Shown here: piece after piece, positions 16,270-29,625 of the stretch
Numbering within the stretch: position 1 is the stretch's first letter
Layout of the letters: every line of letters starts with the position of its first letter
NCBI GenBank assembly: GCA_977030845.1
Contig: OZ365112.1
Location: 6,572,001 to 6,636,000 of the forward strand
Direction: 5' to 3'
Length of the DNA stretch: 64,000 nucleotides
DNA from: Fimbriosthenelais zetlandica
Lineage: Eukaryota
Notes under the pieces: model-generated
Told to the model about the DNA's origin: nothing
Seen by the model: only the letters and a program-made list of their open reading frames with translations
Databases searched by the model: none
Translations under genes and position numbers: made by a program

Positions 16270-16400
16270 ATTCGCTCCAGCCTCGCTCACTAGACGTCGC
16301 GCGGGTGGCATGGTGCGATAAGACTAGATAAGATGGGCCACTTCCGCCGACATTTCCGGTTTGTCAGGGGCACGATCGGGATTTGGAGCTGTAATGGGGC
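16270..16400. promoter_or_regulatory. CpG-rich candidate cis-regulatory patch (2x GATA, 2x ETS cores)
   Basis: Local CpG cluster with GACGTC 16293-16298, GATAAG 16317-16322 and 16327-16332, CACTTCCG 16339-16346 and ATTTCCGG 16352-16359. Regulatory function is inference. Confidence 0.3.
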
Positions 16401-19400
16401 GTGTAATACCTGTGTCAAGTCTTATTGGCCCAAGTACAACCACTCATGCATCGATCCTGGCTCTCCCACCCCTCGGGCTCGCCAGGCAAATGAAAATCTT
16501 CAATGATTTCAACTTGAGTGGCTCTGCGCCGAAGCAAAAACCCTACAGTCCAGTTTTTGATCTGCACACATTTGGAAAGAATTTGGGAATGGCGGTGTTG
16601 CATTATCGACAGGGATAAGTTTCAAATCAATGCAATTTACGAGGTCTCATTGGTATGCATTTTGGCTTGGGTTAAAATCTGGAATGATAAGTTGTTTTTT
16701 TTTAGGTTTCAAGTTCTATAAGATTAGATTCCCTTTAGCAATCACATCTTTGAAATTATTCCTAAGCATGATTGATCTTGAATTATATGATGTGCAAGAT
16801 ATATATAATGTTCTGCACCAGTTTTGCTGTTACTATTTCGGGTATGCTACGTCAATATGCTAACGTCAAAGTGGACATGTGAATGACAAATCTCTAATCA
16901 AAAAGAAATAATTCTCACTTGAATTAACACACCAGGTACTCCTAGGACAGCGTGGTCATTGCATGGAATCATGTCCAGAAAATTAAGTGCCCCGAGCCAT
17001 AACCATTTAAGAAAGTGTTCCCATAAATCAATTCAGGTTGTCCAAAAACATAGCCTTAAGATTGAATGGTAAATATTTTCATCAGAAGGACATCATTGAA
17101 ACAGCTCATACATGACCTATCTCGGTATCTGACGAAGTCCTTCCTGTGATATCTGAGGGCGCAATATCCAGTAATGCTTTCAGACTTTACCATTTAAGTA
17201 ACGGCTCCCATCTATATTGACAATATCGACAATGTCAACTAACACATCCACCAGTTTGCTCTGGCCATAAGGCAAGTAAGAGGCCAGTCTATCCAGTCCT
17301 TTACATTGATTGACGCGGGCCCCGCTAGGGCCTTCCCCATCCGGACAGAAATGCTTGCTGGTGGACAATGACTGTCCACTAGTCCATACTTACTGGTTAG
17401 CACAAACTGACCATCCACTGACCAGTAGAGGTAGAGATGCTGGGGAAGGAGATGCAGAAGTGGACTGAAGGAGACGGCGCTCCCGGAGAAACGACGTATT
17501 CCCAGTCCAATAGAGGTGTCAACTCCTGAACAATTGTGGAAGTTTACAAACTTGGTGTGGAAATGGGGCTGCCTCGATTGGGACCTTACACTATATAGTC
17601 AGTGAATAAGTTCCCTTTTTGCCCACTGTAAACAATGAGGCACCCGTCCTTGTACTTATTATTGTATGATTATTCATGCTTAATGCGTCAAATCTTGTCA
17701 TAAGTGAAGTGAAAATTGGTATAATGAGCAACAAGTAATAGGTCATTTCTGTGAAGTAGTTTGGAGTAATGAGACTTACATGCCTACACATGGGCCAAGG
17801 GCAGGCAACTGACCCATTATAATTACCAGGCTAATATGTGATGGGTGTGCTCTATCGCACAAGGTTCTTTTACCATAAATTCTACACGGCACAATTTATC
17901 ATAACACATCATTGCAATTTGTCATTAATTAGAGGCACATTAACATCCAAGACATGCATGATGTTTTCCTCAAAATTCAGTGCATCGTAATAAGCCATTT
18001 CTTTGTGAAGGCAAGATCAAGCAAGCTCTGTGAAAGTTTTCAAGGTTAATGGAAAGGGGCGAGGTTTATGAAGAACAAGGCTAAATGGAAAGTGAAAGAA
18101 ACAGGGTCAAGGTTTATGAAGAAGGGTTGTAGGTAATGAATGCCGGAAGGGGGAGTTATTGCCAAGAATGTGATCAACAAGGTCTTCTACGCCAGACTTT
18201 ATATCCATCTTGTATAAGAGGAACTGTAGTGGAAATATATGCCATTATTCATGCTCATATTTATCGTTAGTCGCAATGGCGTATAAGCACTGGTAAGGAA
18301 AAGCTTGGAATTTTGAACCCACCACTCATGTCAGAATGGGTACATACGGTCAGCTTGTTGACAATACTAGGCTGGCACTGACAGATACATGTTGGGGTTG
18401 CTTGCCACTAAAGGCTAATTACTGTCATGAAAATGGTGGCATAAAATGCTTCCCTCTTTATCTTGATGTCTCTTTTTCATCGCAGCAATTCATGGATGAA
18501 AAATCGCGGATGAATACATGTCCATAGACAAGCTAGGGTAGCGTTTCTAGAATTTCCATCATGAAATAATATACATTTTATATATACAGATGAAAGCCCT
18601 ACTAGGTTTTACCTGTACGTTCATCTCTGGACAGATGTGATGCTGATCCTAAGCAATTTCTAGCCATTATTACTTTCCGCAAAATGAAATAATAGTTTTG
18701 ACTTAATAATGGTTTGAAATAATTGCTCTGGGGCTCAATTACAAATGAGAGTCTATCGTCAAGGGTATCTAGTGCACATCTGCGAGAGAAAAAGTTTGTG
18801 CAAATAAATATAGATAGGTTCCTGAAATTCTTGATGAAACTGAAAGGGTGTACAATCGATGATGAAGGCATGGGAGAAGTCAATGAATTGGCAAATAGCC
18901 TTGAGACGTGAAGGAAAGTAATGAATAAGTCACTCTGATTGTAATGCTAGCAGAAAGCAATTAGTACAGTGTGTAATACTGAACAGATCCCATGTAATGA
19001 AAGTGAGAGATAAGAAGTGAAATTATGGAGAGTCCATCACATCAAACTCTCATTCCTCCTGCTAATGTTACTGTGAGGTGCTCATGAAATGTTCACATCT
19101 ACTGGAAATCGAATCCAGGGAAACACTCTTTAATTCGTTCTGACATTCGCGTAATGGACAATTCACTGTGGTGGGATTGAAGGGCAATATGACTCGATTC
19201 CAGGTGTCAAAAGCAATGCATGTTTGTATTGGTCATAAGTGGCATGTTAAAGAGGGCCAAGTATCAAGGGGCAAGAACAGAGTCTGGGTCAAAACTCCTG
19301 CATACCATGTTAAAGAAAAAATGGTCATGCAGAATTTTAAGCAATGTACAGCGAAACTATATTTGATTAGCATTCTCGCTCGTTGCCAAGAGGCCTTAGG

Positions 19401-22166
19401 TAAGAATCTTGTATCGCTTTTATTCTCATTGTTCGTCTTTGAAAGTATTTTTATCAAAAAATGTTATAGAAAATGTCTCATTTCTGAAGGAGACAGGGGG
19501 TGAATTTCCCTTGATGTGTTCATTTCCATTCTTTGCCTGGCTTCCCAAGTAATGAACAATCTGTATCAGCACGAAATGTCAATCAATGCATGGAGGATAT
19601 TTTTCTTGCAGACGCGCTGCAGTAACTAATATAGAAACCCTGGTAATGGTTCAACAAGTTCAGACCAGGACTTTCTAACTCATATAGCCTACCCTTGAGT
19701 ATGAACAGCGAATTCCGCCCTGGATCAGATATGAATTTCTCTAAAAAAAAATACAATTCTGGCCCTTGAAATTTGATCTGAATGATGTGATAATATACAA
19801 GGTAATTCAATGAATGAATTGACTGATTTGTATGTATAAGGGGAATGGCGTGTTTCCCTATATTAAGCCCAACTTCCGGCCTATCTGATCTATAGTGGGA
19901 TCCTCTTTGGTCCATATCCTACATGTTGACCCCCTATAATAAAGGCCTTCTTCATCCACATGCGGCTTACCCTCATTTTTCAACAGCCAACATAGTTTTT
20001 GATGTTGTATCTTCGATATTCAATGATGGCATAGTCATGTAAGCCCAGCGTCCCTTGATTAATGGATGCAGAACAATATTTTGGAGCTTGTGTGCCAACA
20101 AAGGACTTGGTTATTGACTCGGCCTGGCAAAGCCATGCACCACTGAGGAGCTGGTTATCTCAGAGCCGCGATATAAAGTGGGAAGCACCATGGTTATGTT
20201 TGCCATGTGAAAAACACAAAGATCGATCTCAGCTGACTTATAAATTGCAAATTAAAACATAATGGCTTATGCATTGTTTTTTGATTAATTATGATCATAC
20301 TGTTGTCTAATAAACTATACTACATAGCATTTAGAACTCAGCTTTATCTGAAATTCATATTAGCAATCTGGCCTGAGCATCCCATTTAGGGGTTTCTAAA
20401 TGGGACCTGTGACAATAGATTCTCTTGTTCTTGCAGGATTCAAAAGAACCCCAATCGCCTCACACCAAGTGTAATATGGGCAGTAAAGGGAGCATCAATG
20501 ATGACACCAGATTGTGAGAGCATTCATCATTGTAATAGCTCTGTAGGGAGAGAGAGAACATAGAGGGAATGGTCATTTGATTTGGCCAAATGATGATCCG
20601 CACCAGCCACTGCCTCATGTTTCAGTCATTGGATGTACTTCATGTTTCTTTGAGTGATTAATAATGCATTAATTGAATGGCATTTATGTCTTTTAACACT
20701 CATTTTCAAAGGAACACTCCATGACAAAATTCTCTGGGTATGCTCCTCGAAAAGCAAAGATGTTGAAGATCCACTTTGGAAGCGAGTGCCTCCAAGTGAA
20801 CTCAAAATACTGACCAAGACCAGGATGGTGAGTATATATAGTGGACAAGCAACCAGTAGTGGTGGACAAGTATGTAGAAGGGATATATGGGGGGAATGGC
20901 TTGCTGCTTTGGCCCTAACAAGCACAATGAAATCAGCTTCCCCAGACAGGCATGGGCCTCAGACTCCTGTAATCCCCTACAAACCAATTAGCGTGATCGT
21001 TAAAAAATTTATTCCCTACTTTCATGACTCTCGTAGACAACGGATGGGAGAGGTGCTGGCGGAGGAAGAAGAAATGGGAAAAGAAGGAGACACTGGTTGT
21101 TTGGATTGGAGGCATTCTCTGGGCTTATTACAGTGGAAACTGTTCCTCCACGAAAAGTGGTGGAAGATGGTAGAAAAGAGGAATGGAATAAGCATTGTGA
21201 TGAGAGGAATTAAAGTCTAATTGAAAAATAATCTTGTTGTAACGATAAGGCAGTCATGTGGGTGCTTTGTTAATTGATAAGCCGCTTCTGGCTGGGGAGA
21301 GATAATCAATTACCCTCCCATGTTGGTAGCCTCCATGTTTTACTTTATATCAGATTTATTTCTAATTGATGCAATTGTTGTCCCCCTTTAAGTGTTATCC
21401 TTTTCATTCTAACTATTGAGTAAAAAATTCCTTTGAACAATGGATCTATCAAAGAAGCATCGTTTTAGGCCGCGTGGGATATCAAAAAATATTTGCATTT
21501 AAGTAAGATATAGGAAGAGACGGTGTCTGTGCTTGTTTTTAACACACGGTCGATAAATAAATATTGTCTTCATAAAACAACTGGCGCCTGATGAATTGAT
21601 ATAGCCTCTGGGGTTACCAGTTCAGATTCATACCGTTTTAATCCAGGGTTTGGTTACAAAAGGTAACCAACCTAAACATACTGGTTGGCAACAAATTCCA
21701 GAGTGAAAAATATTTTTTCCATTAACGTAAACGCAGTACGTTTTACAAGGGAAGCGTGAGCAGGGGTTCTGCCAATGATTCAATGCCATTGTGGTACGGG
21801 AGCGAGTCTGCAAGACAGTTAGCATACCCTTGGTGCAATGAGAGATGGCCTTTGCTTTGGCAAGTCTCTCTGGAAGATGTCTGCACTGTTGGCATTGACG
21901 AATGGTCAACCTCGCTTGTTACTGTCACCCCAGACTTAGTAGTGAGGGCACAAGTAAACCCCTCAGCTCGAACCCTTACTGTACACTAGTGTTGAACAGA
22001 TCACCCATTAGCAGAGCCCATGAACTCATCACCATAGTGGGTTTCAGACTAAACTGATGGGGGCTTAATTTAAAGGCAGAAGATTAAGTGACTTGAACCC
22101 GCAAGGGACAATGATGTAGTCTCCTAATTGCAATGAGTTCAACTGAGGTTTGTCAATGTGACAGTG

Positions 22167-22217
22167 GTCACTTCTGCAAGTCATGAATAACTTCTGTCAC
22201 TTCTGCAAGTCATGAAT
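22167..22217 (+). repeat. Short tandem duplication (22-bp identical block, 29-bp period)
   Basis: gtcacttctgcaagtcatgaat at 22167-22188 and again at 22196-22217. Confidence 0.9.
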
Positions 22218-25200
22218 TACTTACAAGGTGCAGTGGATGTAAATGCAGTGATGCTCTCACTCATTATCAGGGCTCTCTGCATCAAGATTTGGAATATCAA
22301 AATTGGTTTTATGTCAGGAAGGAAACCATTTGAAAAGTAGTCTTAACCATGTAAATTCATTGTTTTAAAGCATGCACCAATCCAAAGACATTCCGTGAAT
22401 GGGTTAACACAAAAGATGCATACCATTCACGTCAGACTAGCATTCCTGTTGAACACTCTGTGTGGTCATAGCCACTGACTCCACGTCAGGTGTAAGCCAT
22501 AGATCGCTGACAGAGACGCCAGCTGCAGGTGGAGGCATTAACGTACATCATACCAGTACACCAGTTGTCTTGGTTACCAATGTTTTGAGTTAACACAAGC
22601 AGATATTAAAACTTCTTGCGATACACTTTCGCCACACCCAAGTATTAAATTGACTTGGGCATCTGTAGTTCTTCGATCCATTAGCTGCATATCAAATGAA
22701 CAGACATAGTCCGCCAAAAGCAAGCTTTTTGCAGCTCAAGCATTTTCGAAAATTTTACCATACACGCTGAGGCATAAAATGTTAAACACAAGTAGAGTGG
22801 GAGGTACTAAATCTAAGACACGCATGTAAAATGGATGAAACCATCAAATAATCACCCATTAACCTCTCTTAATTTGGTCTTAAATTAGAAATAGGGGTAA
22901 TAAGGGCCTTGTACATCACAATTTGCATCAGTGAGTTAAATGCTAATGAAGTAACATCGATAATTAGCTCATTAGTTAAGATACTAATTATTCCCATGTG
23001 GTTGTATGATATGTATTGGTAGCGGGGGTGGGCGGATTAGATGTGTATTTTGGCTGGTATATACCAAACTGAATTTCCCTCCTTCAACAGCCAACAGCTC
23101 CAACAGCCGAGTATTTATTAACTTCATACCGATGAGCGTCACAGATGCTGTATACAGCACTTGAAGTTCTTTTATGTAAGCCTGCTTATATTGGACGGTG
23201 TTCATGGCCTATCAGAAGCCTGCATATGACATATCAATAGGCGATTGGCTCGAGTGATATGAGGATATATTACCCTGCCATCTATTACTGCACTGGCCAG
23301 ACTCAAGATCAACAGAGCAATACTTCCAATAGTGCAACAATCATGTTGATAAAGTTGCTAAGTGTTAAAGTGCTAAACCTGGTACACACATCTAAAAGTA
23401 TTTCTTTCCGCATCCTCCTCAAGGGAAAATAAAACCAGTGAATAGTGGAAACGTTGGGATACAGATTCAAGTTAATTTCGCAGAAAAATGAAAATAATCC
23501 GTAATTGCTTTCTCTGCTTCCCTTTGATATTTCCATTTATTCTAAATTGGAAAATGGGTATTTTGCTATCTATGGGCAACATAACTGCATCCATTCAGAT
23601 TTTGAATGCTGTGGATATGCATAAACTATCAGCTTAATATACCCTTGTTACCGAATCCCCTATGGAAACTAGGTATTCATCCTAGATATATTGTTGACAA
23701 TGTTAAGGTTCAGACAACAAGATATATTTATTAAGGACATGTCAGAATTCCGCAGTATGCTCACGGAATATAATAAGATAAAACATGTGATAAAGTATTA
23801 AAAGCAAGGCAGTCTGCCATCAACCATTTCTTGTTGCAGATTCTCCCCAAGTATTAGCATTACATTACGGATGTGAACATGTCAAGGAAATGTAGATTTC
23901 TAGTGTTATAATCCTGTACATCTACTAACAAGTTAGACCATCAAAATCCTGCTACATTACTCTCACCATGCATGTTCCACCCACAGGTTAACACCCAACA
24001 TTTATGCCTTTTTGTCATGATAGGATCAAGATACAAAGTAGGGCTTTGGAAATATGACTTTCACGACATAATATTGAATACTTGCATGGGCATAATTACA
24101 AGCAGCCATGGCTGATAAGGAGAAAAACAAGGCAACGTGAGCTTAATACGAAATACTGTTGATGGCTTGGTGAAAGCCTGATAAAACTTATCGCATGCAA
24201 CAAGGCATAACTGTATGAAAGTAGCCCTGTGTGTATAAAATGGAATATGATCATCATAGTGATCCAGGGCCAACCTACCTCGGCCTAGGCTACTGCCTCT
24301 CCTATGCTGGAGCATGAACCATTGGCCATGATAAGCCGAAGCCTCGGCAGGAGTGATGTTCTCACGTATGACCTCGATGACATCCGATGGTGTCCTGTAT
24401 ATGAGAAGGCAAAACCTTGCCCAGGCTTTTCTTGTGCTAAACTAAAGTCTTCCCTACATATATAGCTATATGTGTTGAGAGAAGAAGGGCAGGATCCAGC
24501 AAAGAATATATTAGAGGCATTCATACATTCCAATAACTATGGTGTTGATATGACATCACAGTCATCTAGATCCAAACATTGAAGTATGAGGTCCAGGGAT
24601 TGCAGGATGGCACAACCAAGGCTGGGATATATTTTTGGAAGTTTTTTTCTTCGATCCAGTTTGTTTTTTTAAGTCTCAGGGTTTTCCACGTTCATCTGGC
24701 ACAGTGGGGCTATACTTGTTTGTAGGTTGACAGTGACCTCAGACACTTGATGGTGATGGGGTGTGGGAGGTACCACAGAGGTGACAGCCCCAGCTTGTGA
24801 TGGCAGGAGGGAGAACTCTGAGAGAGGATGAGGAGGTTGAGGCCGGCTCACACTGGAGACATGGCTGTGAAGAATGGAATGTGGGACGCAAAGGCATCCC
24901 CACCACGGCCTAGTCAGAGGTGACAGTGGGGGAGGGGGAGACTAGAGCTGGAGGAAGACCATCATATAGCATGCTTGTTGCATGGCGCAGACGATGAGGA
25001 AGCAACAAATGGATAGTTATGGATCAGAATGACACATTACTCGGTATAAACTAGGCAGGGGTGGGGAGATGGGGGAAGCAGTTGTCTAAAGTATAGTATT
25101 TAGAGATCCCAGTGGCTGGGAGAGGAGCATCTGGTGGTGTGAACAGAGGAAGTGACAGACAAAAGGCAGTAGACAGTATATAACAGTCAGTGGACGCGTG

Positions 25201-25531
25201 ATGACTAATCCCCACACCTCACAAGTTCTTGCGAGCTCCCGAGAACTTTACCCACCACCCCTACCACCACCATTTCCAGGTATAAAGTAGGAAAACCAAT
25301 GCTCCAGCACTATAGCTCTCTATCCCATGAAACACAACCAACCCCTTGTATTAGAGGGCCTTGTCTGCTGATGGTCTAAGGGCTTCTTCTCCTCCTTTGA
25401 AACCATGCCAAGGTGACACACTTGCTCTCTATAGACCTATCGCCCTTTGAACTTTATAAGGTGTCCTATTGAAAAGAAAGTTGCCAGGGCTTCTTTATTG
25501 ATTCCTATAATGAGGAATGGAGGACAGTGCA

Positions 25532-25580
25532 GGGGAGGAGGAGGAGGAGGGGGGAGGGCCCTGGTTGGAGGTGGGGAGGG
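25532..25580 (+). repeat. (GGA)5 microsatellite in a G-rich, G-quadruplex-prone tract
   Basis: (GGA)5 at 25534-25548, flanked by several G3-G6 runs. Confidence 0.8.
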
Positions 25581-25826
25581 ACAGAAGGACCTTCCACCAG
25601 GGTGATGCTGCTTGTGTGTGGGTACATAAATAAAGTCACTCTCGGGTACGTATGTCCCTTGTCAGCCTGGTCAGACCATGCAGTCTCCGTGGCTCACCTC
25701 CACGGCCGGGGCTTTCCCCTATAGCCAGTCCCCAGTGAGTTGGATGAAGAGAGTTTTTACTTTGATCATGAAGCCCTGCCAACAATCCCTCATCCCGACC
25801 AGGACTAGTTGCCACGGCTTGCCCTG

Positions 25827-26122
25827 TACTGATAGCACACCAGCCTTAACCGACCACAAGTTCCTTTAACCTTGATTTAATGAGGGGAATACATCGCATT
25901 TTGGCGTCAAAACCATGTTACTCTAGCCACCCATTGCTATCGGCAAGGCTTATATTGAATTTTCTCTGAATATTGCTCTGCCTGGGAGATGGTCATTCTG
26001 GCAGGCTAGATGGTCAGTTTGTCAGGGAGGTGGTCACTTTAGCCTCGCAATCACCCATAAGGCAGTCATCTGTCCTGGTCAAAGCGGCGGTGGACTATTT
26101 TAAAATTGTCTTTTACTGCGTA
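25827..26122. mobile_element. Possible decayed Tc1/mariner-pogo-type MITE with ~21-bp internal repeats
   Basis: TGGTCA recurs at 25990, 26011 and 26031 inside similar ~21-bp units. The left flank ccagccttaaccgaccac and right flank gtggac...ttttactgcgta loosely resemble opposed TIR-like ends with TA. Family assignment is pattern recognition only. Confidence 0.25.
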
Positions 26123-27670
26123 TATAACCGACATATGCAATAAGATCAACTGCCTCTCCATTTTTAATCCGATAAGCTATTCATGAATGCCTTTCACTCA
26201 AGTCAAAAGACTGCCCTGTCTTTTTCAGACTGTATTGAGGGGTGATATCAGTCTGAAGTCTGCATTGCCAGCTCCAGTTTTCTTTGTAGACTTTTTTGTC
26301 CATCCAACTTAAAGTTATAAATATCAACTAGGGGTCGATACTGGTGATATAGTAAGGACTTCACTTGAGCGGGATATCAGTGGGATAGAGAAGGTACAGT
26401 CAGTCTAAGACAGGGTTAATTGAAGGGTGACATTTGGGTCAATGCAGATCAGATGAAAGCACGACTCAAATCAACTACATACACTCAACCCCCCTGAGGG
26501 AAATGCATTGTATGGATATATTTTCATTCTTCAATGTAGGCCTAAAATAGAGTGAAATATTTGAGGGAAGAGGTGGTTAAAATGAGAGGACAAAGCTCAG
26601 ATAACCAGTTTGCTTTGCGGGCATCTTTACTGGGCATCCCTTGCCGTTTGTTCCCAGGTGGAAGGAGCAGCTTTCAAATAAGCAACATGTGTCTTTGAAA
26701 GAACTCCTCTATTCCAGTCAAGTGTTACCCATGGGACATTGTGAAGCAATTTCTATTCTGCTGCACATAGAAGGTGTCAGAACACGTCCTAGACATGGTC
26801 TAGAGGCACACCCCATCCAGGCAAACGACTTCTAGATATATGTTACACATAACAAGTTTTCTGGTAACTGTGAATGTATTTCTGACATTCTGCTCCTTAC
26901 CCGAGGCGTGTCTACTACCTCGGCCTTCACCATGCAAAAGATGGGTTCAACAGGTCAGTTTTAGTAGAGAGAATCAATGCTACATCAGCCATCACTGGGC
27001 CGTCTGATTCCAGCATAACTGGAAACCATATAACCCCGTTGCAATGATGTCTGTCCATAAACCAGGTGAGGTTTTATCCCGACTATATCCTAGTTACCAT
27101 GGCAGCAGACTGGTTGTCATAGTGTCACCCTAGCATCGAGGGATAAATGCTGTCAAAAGCCTTCCATTCAGTGAGGTCGAGCCTTGGAGGTATCCCCTCG
27201 AGCAATCTCAGATTGCCAACTGCAGCTCTATATAGATCAATCATAAGTTAACCCCCTGCACCATCGGCCTGAGCCTATAACAAGCTTGGGATGACAATCA
27301 AACACAATTTTCTTCACCTAATACTACTTGCCTATGCTATCAAGTAGATTTGGGGCTCGGCATGAACTAAACGTATTGAAAGCCTACATGAAAGCCGAGG
27401 CCAAGCAATATTGATAAAGTGAGCAACAACTTTTACATCCATTTATGAGCGGATGGTATTATTGTCAGTGGATGGAAGGCCTGAAGAATATGTTGTCAAT
27501 ATTAACTGTCAGCTACTCTATCATCATGTTTATTAAACTGGGAAAGCAAACACTGGCTGGCAGATATATTAAGTGTTTCTCGATATTAACAAGCAACACA
27601 CAAAGGCAAACAGCCTGATGGAATTTGAGCAAATAATAATCAATTACAAACTCTAATGTTAGCAACTTAC

Positions 27671-27782
27671 AGGAAAAAGGTGACAGCGTTGTAACCGATG
27701 GACAATTCTAATAATGCAAAGCATATTTTGTGCAACAAAATTGCATCGGATTCCTATCATTCCAAAGTCAATTTAAAGTCAA
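27671..27782 (-). other. Candidate non-coding exon (112 nt), - strand
   Basis: Acceptor ttttaatttcag and donor gtaagt on the - strand; all three entry frames reach a stop within a few codons. Confidence 0.2.
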
Positions 27783-29181
27783 CTGAAATTAAAATATCTG
27801 AATAGAAGAGGTGTTCTGGAGGTCAAACAGAAGTAGGAATAATATGTTAAATATGGATCTGAATCTAAACTTGGCAGACAGTGCTCATCATCCTAATTCA
27901 ATATGTGACTATGGCAGACTTTTTTTATAAGCCATCTTCAACGATGATGGGGCCAGAGGGAGCCACGTTGACCATGACGTCTGCCCAGTGACAGCCAGCT
28001 AGCGTGGGAGGGGACAGTGCTATAATGTGGTTATACATTTATGGAGCGACAAGCAAAGAAGTAATGACTTATTATCCTTGGGTTAGTATTAATGGCAGTC
28101 GTCCTTCTATGGTACCCGTATCCGAGCCCTTTAGTAAACTCATGAGAGGAAGGAAACTAAGGGAGGAGGGAAATCAGATCCTTTAGAGATTCCCTCATAA
28201 GAAGGCCATGTCCAGAGAGCTTTCAGACGGACGACCCAAGCGGGGTTCAAAAGGAGGAAGAAAAGGGCAATATCCTGTCCGTATAAGCGACATCCGCTAA
28301 CGTAATCCCAGCAGAATGCTCAGATAAATGTGGGGGCATCAGGGGCGGAAGGAAATCGAAGGTCCTTAACTTGCCTTAAGGTGTGCGCATGATTATTAAG
28401 AATAAGCATCTTCCTTTATCCCTTACCATTAAAAATGCAGCGGTCGGTCTAGCCCAGAATAGTCCACTAATGGTTAAAGCAGGTGTGCAAGTTTGGAGAA
28501 AATCCCGTTATTTTCCACAATGCATGGTAAATGATTTTCCCGAAGCCGCTGCAAATCTAGACATACATTTTGACTGATCTACTTTTAATCCTCCACGGAT
28601 GTTGGAACTGATATTTTGCCTCTTAATGGGAAGTTTGATGGACTGCATTTCCTTAAAGGATATGTATCCACTTGTTCCCCCGTGGGTACAAGGGAGAAAA
28701 AGTGGAAAATAAATATGGTGGTAAGGTTGGGGATTCTTCCTCTAGTTCCAAATGGCAGTGAAGGGCTTGCCCTGAGGAGCTATAGATCATGATCTCCAAT
28801 AGGGCCACCTGGAGTGTGATGGGTGGAGGATGGCTTCACTCCACAACTAAACACAGGCCTAAAAAGTCGTACCACGGTTTAAGGACAATTGTTTTGGAAA
28901 CTAAAATGGTACTGTCAGAAAAAGAATCATCCATTTCAAATGTCAGACGGAATATTGCAATATGTCAGTTTTAAATCTGGCAAGTCCGGATTGAAAATAT
29001 TTTCCATCATTAAAAATGATGTAAGTTTGAGTGAGCAGAAAGATCGAAATGCAGTCAAGTTGCACTTTTCCTGCTCATGTCAGCCGAGGTAGACATCTGT
29101 CAATTAATTAGCGATAGATACACGTTTTAGCATTCATTGTATTATCAGTGCTATAAGGGAACAACATAAGATAAAACTTAC

Positions 29182-29367
29182 AAGTCTCAGCTGTACCTCA
29201 GGTGGATCCATTTCATCTGTTTTTCGTTTCTCGGATGACACATGCTGACAAAGATGCTTTGAAGGATTTTGCATAAATGTGAACAATACAGATGGAACTT
29301 GATCCTTGCATGCAAAAGGTATTTTCTTCTTACATTTGTTCAGTTTGAAGCAGACTTTTTAGAGGCC
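29182..29367 (-). other. Candidate exon (186 nt), - strand, UTR or non-coding, or first coding exon MQNPSKHLCQHVSSEKRKTDEMDPPEVQLRL
   Basis: Acceptor attatttttatag and donor gtaagt. A 90-nt T-rich intron-like spacer separates it from the next candidate exon. One frame is open after codon 3 through to the donor. Confidence 0.35.
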
Positions 29368-29457
29368 CTATAAAAATAATACAACAGAAATATTTGGTAA
29401 AATCCAATATACAGTCAGAACAGACATAAATGCATTAGTCACTAAATATCAACTTAC

Positions 29458-29625
29458 CTGTATCAAGATGTCTGAGTTATATAATTATAATAAATTAATA
29501 AGAGCAGGAGAAGCTTGTAAATTATTGATGTTTTCTGGTATTTTAAAGTCGCAGCAACAGCGATGGTTATATCATGACGAGGATGAAACGGGATAACACC
29601 AGAGAGACCAGACATCATTCAGGTC
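29458..29625 (-). other. Candidate non-coding exon (168 nt), - strand
   Basis: Branch-like ttaac/ctgat followed by cttttatttcag acceptor; CAG|gtaagt donor; stops in all frames. Confidence 0.35.

Noticed and set aside
20654-21220. Longest unassigned ORF (188 aa)
   Set aside because: No recognisable motif, no convincing splice framework, and overlapping ORFs on the other strand; compatible with chance. A blastp/HHpred hit would overturn this.
21756-21989. LWYGSES resembling the LLYGSETW motif of RTE-clade LINE reverse transcriptases
   Set aside because: Spacing to the downstream ISW-like motif is wrong and no YADD or other RT motifs are nearby.
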